From Candidatus Aenigmatarchaeota archaeon (GTDB lineage Archaea; Aenigmatarchaeota; Aenigmatarchaeia; QMZP01): a stretch of DNA of 39,197 bases. The translations under genes were made by a program, and so were the position numbers. Below are positions 8,601-14,000 of this stretch, in pieces. The stretch spans positions 1 through 39,197 of the forward strand of contig JACQIG010000080.1 in assembly GCA_016198605.1 (NCBI GenBank). Direction: 5' to 3'. The notes beneath the pieces were generated by a model. It made no database searches, was not told the DNA's origin, and saw only the letters and a program-made list of their open reading frames with translations. Every line of letters starts with the position of its first letter. Positions within the stretch are counted from its first letter, which is position 1.

Positions 8601-10932
8601 GTTTAGTTATATTCTTGATACCCTCGCTTTCATTTATTATGTCGCTTCCTGTTTTTGTGGCGTTCCATGGCTCCGTATAGAACGTTATCGCGAACAGCTC
8701 GCCGGTGTCATAATTGATTGACAGGTTGACATGCGTGTTATTGGATTTAAGCGAATAGTTGTCCAGCTGCGGACTACCTGAAGTTATATATGTGTTGGGC
8801 AGGCCGGTGCCCTGGCCCATTGTATAGGTGGCTATGAGCTTGTTTTCGTCACCGTTGACAACGCTTCCGCCATTGCCTGTCTGGGTTCTGGACCACGACC
8901 TCTGGGGGGCGCCCTTGATTACCAGCTCGTAGCTTATAGTCACCCAGCCTTTCCTCCAGAGCCCGCGGTTGCAATAATGGACATTTACGTTGAAGGCGTT
9001 GGGGGTAAACAGCGCGACATTAACAGAATTATCTCCCTGGGTATCCCTTGAGAGCTCCTTGTAAGAGACTATCTCATAGGGGACGGGGGGCTGGTATTGG
9101 AGGGACTCATCCCTGCATTTCCTGGACAGGGTGCCGCCCCTCACAAATTTTTGGGATACCACGACAGTCTTGGTGTCATTAAACAATTCCCTGCCCAGGG
9201 CGGTTATCTCATAGGCGAAGCCCTGCGGTGGGCTCTGCGTGCCGGCCGCTGTTATGGCGTAACTGAATGGGTGGTTTATGGCCTCAGCGGCCTTCTTGCT
9301 GGCGTGCAGCTCAAATTCAGGCTCGCTGACTATCCACGCATAGAACTCCTGGCTTTTGTCCGTGATGAATATGTCGCTTCCAGGGTTTCCGTAATACGTG
9401 TTCCCGCCAAAGGTGATTGACATGTTGCTTATGCCGCTTATATTGGCATTGCACCCACTCCTGACGTTCACTATGAACTTGTCATAATCCATGTCATTGA
9501 CTATGCCAAACCCCTCAAGGATGCACGTGCCTGGGAGAGGGGGCAGGAACGACTGTTCGTCAACTGTGTCCGCTATGACCTTGTAGGTGAACGAATGGTT
9601 GATGCATGTGTGATTCTCTATGTGCTGGTTGGGTGCGCAAACAAGCCCCGTGCATATCCCTGCCGTGCAGACCTCTGCCGGCAAACAGTCATCATTTGTT
9701 GCGCAGGTAACTGGCATGAACGGGACCAAGGGCAGGAAATCGCCGCCATTGGCTATGTTGCCATTGTTATCATAGGGGATTTCTGTGTCCCCCAGGCCGT
9801 CGCTGTCCGTGTCGCTGCCGTTGTAATTGCTCCAGAAGTTGCCGCCAAGGAAGGGGCCACCCACAATGTTGGTGCCTGCCTGCTTTGGGATGTTCCAGGT
9901 GCTGGCGCTGACATTATAGGCTGTATTCATCGTATTATTGAAGAAGTTATTGAATATGGTATTGTTATTTGATTCTGAGATTGCAATGCCGAAATCATTG
10001 CTGAATATTGAGTTGTTATTGATGTTATTTAAAGATGAGTTGCTGACTTGAATGCCAGCAAAGTTAAATGATAGTGAATTGGAATGTACCAGATTATTGG
10101 AGGATGACGAATCCAGTATTATACCTATAAAACCCCCGCGTGCAATATTGCTTGCTATGGTGTTTGAACTGGAAGAAAGCAGATAGATGGGTGCTATCAT
10201 GTCCTGAATTATGTTTGAATTGACTGTATTGCCTGATGATGAGATGATAAATACCCCCGCATTGGCGCTTATGTTGCTATTGCTGTTATTAATAATATTT
10301 CCGCTAATTACGCCATTCGCAGACGAATTCAGTATAGCCCCAAAATAATTATTGTCAAACGTGTTGTTAGCTGTGTAGCTTGACGTCACCTGATAATAAT
10401 CGATCCCGGTGTTAAACATTTTTATTGTGCAGTTCCTGACGGTGACGTTTGATTTCCCCTGCGCTGATATGCCAAAACCAGTCCCATTGCCGGTTATAGC
10501 GTGGCCGCCGCAGTCAAGGGCAACGTCATTGGCTGTTACGTTTATGCAGTCGCCATCAGCCGTTATGTTGCTGGTCAGGTAGAAAGTGCCGTTCTTATCC
10601 AAGTCGGCGCAAAAAAGGGAGATGGTAAAATCGCACGCATCACCCACGCCGTCGCCGTCCGTGTCCACCTGGCTGGGATTGAATACCGTAGGACAATTAT
10701 CAAAACTGTCGTCAAGCCCGTCACAGTCCTGGTCCCCAGGACACAGCAAGGTTTCTGATGACCCATATGATTCCTCAATGACAACGGGCGCAGCCAGGGG
10801 TTCTGCATCGCCTGATGGGCCAGTCTGGACAATGGCCCGCTGGCCTGTTATGGAAGGGGAAAGGGCCATCAGGAATGCTGCGACCGAAAGGACAGAAACT
10901 AAGACTATTGTTACGCCTGCCACCCCAATCAT
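1..10932 (-). CDS. Giant secreted multidomain surface protein with an embedded I9-propeptide/S8 subtilisin module. It is 3'-partial: the C-terminus lies beyond the left window edge, and at least 3644 codons are present here.
   Basis: The minus-strand frame with codon low ends = 1 mod 3 is open from position 1 up to an in-frame stop at 11029-11031. The supplied ORF track omits it because no stop falls inside the window. The first ATG is at 10932 and reads [25 protein letters not shown], a hydrophobic signal or anchor. An alternative GTG at 10953 would add an Arg-containing n-region (VWINTR). The frame was verified at the start, at the S8 Asp codon (6388-6390) and at position 1. Plus-strand shadow ORFs keep a constant frame offset across the region, consistent with one continuous sense frame. 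Confidence 0.85.
   Translation of the reverse strand, partial: [3644 protein letters not shown]
29..115 (-). repeat. In-frame 21-bp tandem repeat: three perfect copies plus two truncated or decayed 12-bp copies, encoding WNITNTS units.
   Basis: gacgtattagtgatgttccat is identical at 29-49, 50-70 and 71-91. gtgatgttccat follows at 92-103 and gtgttgttccca at 104-115. The minus-strand translation reads ..[36 protein letters not shown]. Confidence 0.95.
2760..3340 (-). other. Two PKD-like beta-sandwich domains. A TSP3 Asp-rich repeat block lies immediately C-terminal, at ~2630-2745.
   Basis: Translations: ..[40 protein letters not shown].. and ..[36 protein letters not shown]... These are followed by [37 protein letters not shown], checked codon by codon over 2620-2760. 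Confidence 0.75.
3340..3660 (-). other. CARDB-like domain.
   Basis: Translation: [87 protein letters not shown]. This is the typical CARDB pattern: DL.v, G..v.i...v.N.G, and a terminal NN. Confidence 0.75.
4610..5290 (-). other. Alpha/beta-hydrolase (lipase/PGAP1-like) fold with a non-canonical nucleophile elbow.
   Basis: Codon-by-codon translation of 5101-5160 gives [20 protein letters not shown]. Canonical lipases read LVGHSMGG here. Downstream elements ..[10 protein letters not shown].. and ..[12 protein letters not shown].. (4621-4680) resemble the strand-loop motifs that carry the acid residue in this fold. Confidence 0.5.
5440..6420 (-). other. Peptidase S8 (subtilisin-like) catalytic domain with a complete triad.
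   Basis: Asp motif [18 protein letters not shown] (Asp codon 6388-6390). His motif [15 protein letters not shown] (His codon 6223-6225). Ser motif [18 protein letters not shown] (Ser codon 5560-5562). [12 protein letters not shown] lies between them. Confidence 0.92.
6440..6790 (-). other. Subtilase pro-domain (inhibitor I9-like).
   Basis: Translation ..[83 protein letters not shown].. lies directly N-terminal of the S8 Asp motif. The Y.Y..ingFag.....l..L...p.Ve.Ie pattern is typical of I9. Confidence 0.6.
7860..8150 (-). other. PKD-like domain.
   Basis: Translation: ..[89 protein letters not shown]. Confidence 0.65.
9720..10750 (-). other. TSP3 Asp-rich repeats followed by the first parallel beta-helix (PbH1/NosD-like) module.
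   Basis: Translation: [38 protein letters not shown], then ..[42 protein letters not shown].. and Asn/Ser-rich helical turns. It ends in the cap motif [35 protein letters not shown] (~9780-9900). Confidence 0.8.
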
Positions 10933-10977
10933 CCTTGTATTGATCCAAACCACCTTAAGCCCTACTTGGCAGGAAGA

Positions 10978-10985
10978 TTTATATA
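10978..10985 (-). promoter_or_regulatory. TATA-box-like element upstream of gene C.
   Basis: The minus strand reads TATATAAA. The candidate GTG start at 10953 is 25 nt downstream of the 3' end of the box (possibly leaderless). The ATG at 10932 is 46 nt downstream, with AAGGTGG (10950-10956) in between. Confidence 0.4.
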
Positions 10986-11033
10986 CTGAAGAAGCATTGC
11001 GATTGCCGAACCATGGATATATCCTATATTAAA

Positions 11034-14000
11034 TTAAAGCTCCCTGTATACAGGCTTCTCCCTATTGCTTCCTCCTGGCTGGGCAGGGCAGCTAGCGGCT
11101 TGCGCATCCGCAACCCATGTGTCTCCCTGGAACATGCCGTTTGCATTGCCCCCGAAAAGGACTGCATTGCCCCTGATCGTGTCATATGCCAGTCCCGCCT
11201 CTGCCCTACCTGAAGGGGCTGCTGTTGCATAGGCCAGCTGCCAGCTGGTGCCGTTCCAGGCCCATGTCTGGTTGGCATAATTGCCGCTGCTGTCCCCGCC
11301 GAAGAGGAGCATTTTGCACGCCTCCTGGCTGAAGGCCATGGCAGGCCAGCGAAGAGCAGGCGGACCTACTGTTATCTTCTGGGCCCAGGTGCTGCCATTC
11401 CATGCCCATGTGTCTCCAAGCTGGCCTGATGCATTGCGACCTCCGTATAATATGACCTCATTCCTAACAGGATCGTATACCATGGCATGCTGGAATCTTG
11501 CCGGCGGGCTTACAGAAGGGAACCTTTGGGTCCATGTCACTCCATTCCAGGCCCATGTCTGGTCCAGCAGCCCATTTTCAGCCGAGCCCCCGAAGAGGAC
11601 GGCCTCTTCCCTGGCTGGATCATATGCCATGGTTGCATGGAACATCTGCGGGGGGCTTGCCGCTGGGAATTTCTGCGTCCAGGCAGAGCCGTCCCACGTC
11701 CACGTGTCGCTGTAGCGGTTATCGTTTACGCCGCCGCCGAACATTACCACTTCCCCGCGCGCTGAGTCGTATACCATCGCATGCGTATCCCTTCTTGGTG
11801 GCTTGGCAGCCAGTGATTTTTGTGCCCAGCCTGTCCCGTTGAATACCCATGTATCATCCGATTCCCTTATCGTATCCCCGAGGAAGCCGCCGAACAGGAC
11901 AACCTCGCTCCTCAATCCGTCATAGGCCATTCCAAACCTGCTCCTTGGCGGAGGGCTTGGGGACGGCGATAGCTGCGTCCAGTTTACCCGGCCCGTCACT
12001 ACGTTAGGGTCAGTCTCGCCTGGATCCGTGGCGCCATTGCCATTTGCGTCCTCTGTGCCGTCAGGCACGCCATCGCTGTCGGTGTCTGTATTCAGGGGAT
12101 TCGTGGTTGAAGCAGGATCAGAGTCAGGCACGAAGATGGCAAGATTGGTCCCTGTGCCTTCCGGCGCCACCAGCCCCTTCTCCGTCCCGTCAAGTATGCC
12201 GTCCCCATCCGTGTCAGGGTTGGCAGGGTCCGTCTCCCCCGGGTCCACTATGCCGTTTGCATTCAGGTCCTCTGTTCCAGTGTTCCCGTCAGTCAGGCCG
12301 TCGTCATCGCAGTCATCGTCAAGGGGGCAGGGGTCCAGGGCGCCCACAAGGCCGTCGCCGTCGCTGTCCGCCACCAAAGACATGAAGTATGTCCAGTTCC
12401 AGTACTGCCCCGGGTCCGTGTGGTGGTTTATCCCACCGCCTTGCCCAGGGTCATTTGGGTCTGGAACCTGGTCGTGGCCTATTATGCCGCCTGAAGCCAG
12501 GGGGTCAGCCGGCGCTATGCCTGCAGGATGGACCAATGGAACGCTGTATTTCTGTGCAAGCCACGCGGCAACGCTGGCCGAAGCCATGTACATCTCTTCC
12601 GTGTATGCGTCAGGGTCGCTTACAAAGCCCTCGTGCTCTATGCCTATGGAATGGAGGTTGTAATTGAAATTGCCTGCATGGTAGGCCACGTCTTCCCCGC
12701 CAACCATTGCAGTGATTCCGCCTGCCCCGCTTATAACGTAATGCGCGCTTCTGCCCGCGGCCGGGTCTTGGAAGGTGTTGATCGCGCTTTGGTAGCTGCT
12801 TTCTGTCGTATGGATTATTATGTAATTGATGTCATAGCTGCTTTCCCTGTCGCTGTCCTGGTAGCCGTTTGTATGCGCAGGTGTCCAGATGGAGCCGGGA
12901 TAAATAGTCCCATTGAAGCCAAAGCGTTTCCATGAGTCATAAAACAAGAAAACGCCTCCTACAGATGGCTGGTCTCCTCCCCACTGGACGCCCGCATAAG
13001 GCGTATATGTAAACTGGCCGGCAACAGCCTTGTTGGCAGGTGTGACCATAACACCATCGAGTGTCATCTTCGCGACGCCCACCTGCCACCCGGAAACCGT
13101 GGATCCCGTATTTGTAAGCTGGTCATGATAAACGCGGAACCTTTCCGCCGCGCACGTGAGCTGCTGGCGCGCGGTCGTAGGGGAAATGCATCCCATAAGG
13201 AATCCCATTTGCGAATCAGACGGCCTGGTAGTCCTTGTCACCCCTGATATTTCCTTCTGGAGTGTGGCAAGTATCACCTTAGGGTTGATGAGATACTGGT
13301 CCGCTGCCTGCTTGATTACAACGGCAGCGTCAAATATAACGCCATCCACGTCCGGGACAGGCCGGCTGAAATAACTGTTTTGGGCTGACAAGAAGGCCCT
13401 TATGTCATTTGAGGACATGGAATCATAGTCCTCCAGCCCAGAGTCAGTTATGAATTCCGTATTATACGCTGATGTCACGTTGCCGGAGGAGTTGGTATTG
13501 AAATACAGCCGGCCTGAAAAGTTGCTCGCGCCAGCGCCGTTGAACGCCCTCATGTTCCAGCGGTAGTCAAATCCCTGCTGCAGGTAGCCCGCGGGCAGGG
13601 TGAAAGAGGTCCCGGCTATCTGGCCGTAATCAACCTCGCTGTCAAACACTAGGTTGCCTGGCCCGAAAGGCGACTGGCTTATGTATATTGCATAATAGCT
13701 GGCGCTTGGCGCTGCGCTCCAAGTGAATGTCGGCGTGGTGGTGGTTATTACCTCTCCTGGTGGGCCTGAAACTGTCCCAGGGGATATTGGCGTGGGCGGC
13801 GACTGCATTGTGCTTACTGAAAAATACCATGGATCAGTGAATCCGCTTGCGCCTGCGCCATTGAAGGAGCGCATGTTCCAGCGGTAGCTTTCGCCGTCCA
13901 GCAGGTAGCCCCCAGGGAGGGTGAAAGAATTGCTGTAAATCGGGCCGTAATCAAAGTCGCTGTCAAACACCAGCACACCAGTAGCTATGTTCCTAACGTA

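Noticed and set aside
17-11032. Dozens of plus-strand ORFs of 60-260 aa in the ORF track across gene C (for example 406..1059, 4589..5083, 5035..5517 and 10586..11032).
   Set aside because: They are antisense shadow ORFs. Most, including the longest runs, sit in the plus frame offset by one from the sense codons, where stops need Tyr, His or Gln codons in particular contexts. Their translations are low-complexity (Pro/Ser/Leu/Val-rich) with no domain signatures. The minus strand, by contrast, gives coherent S8, PKD, CARDB and beta-helix domains.
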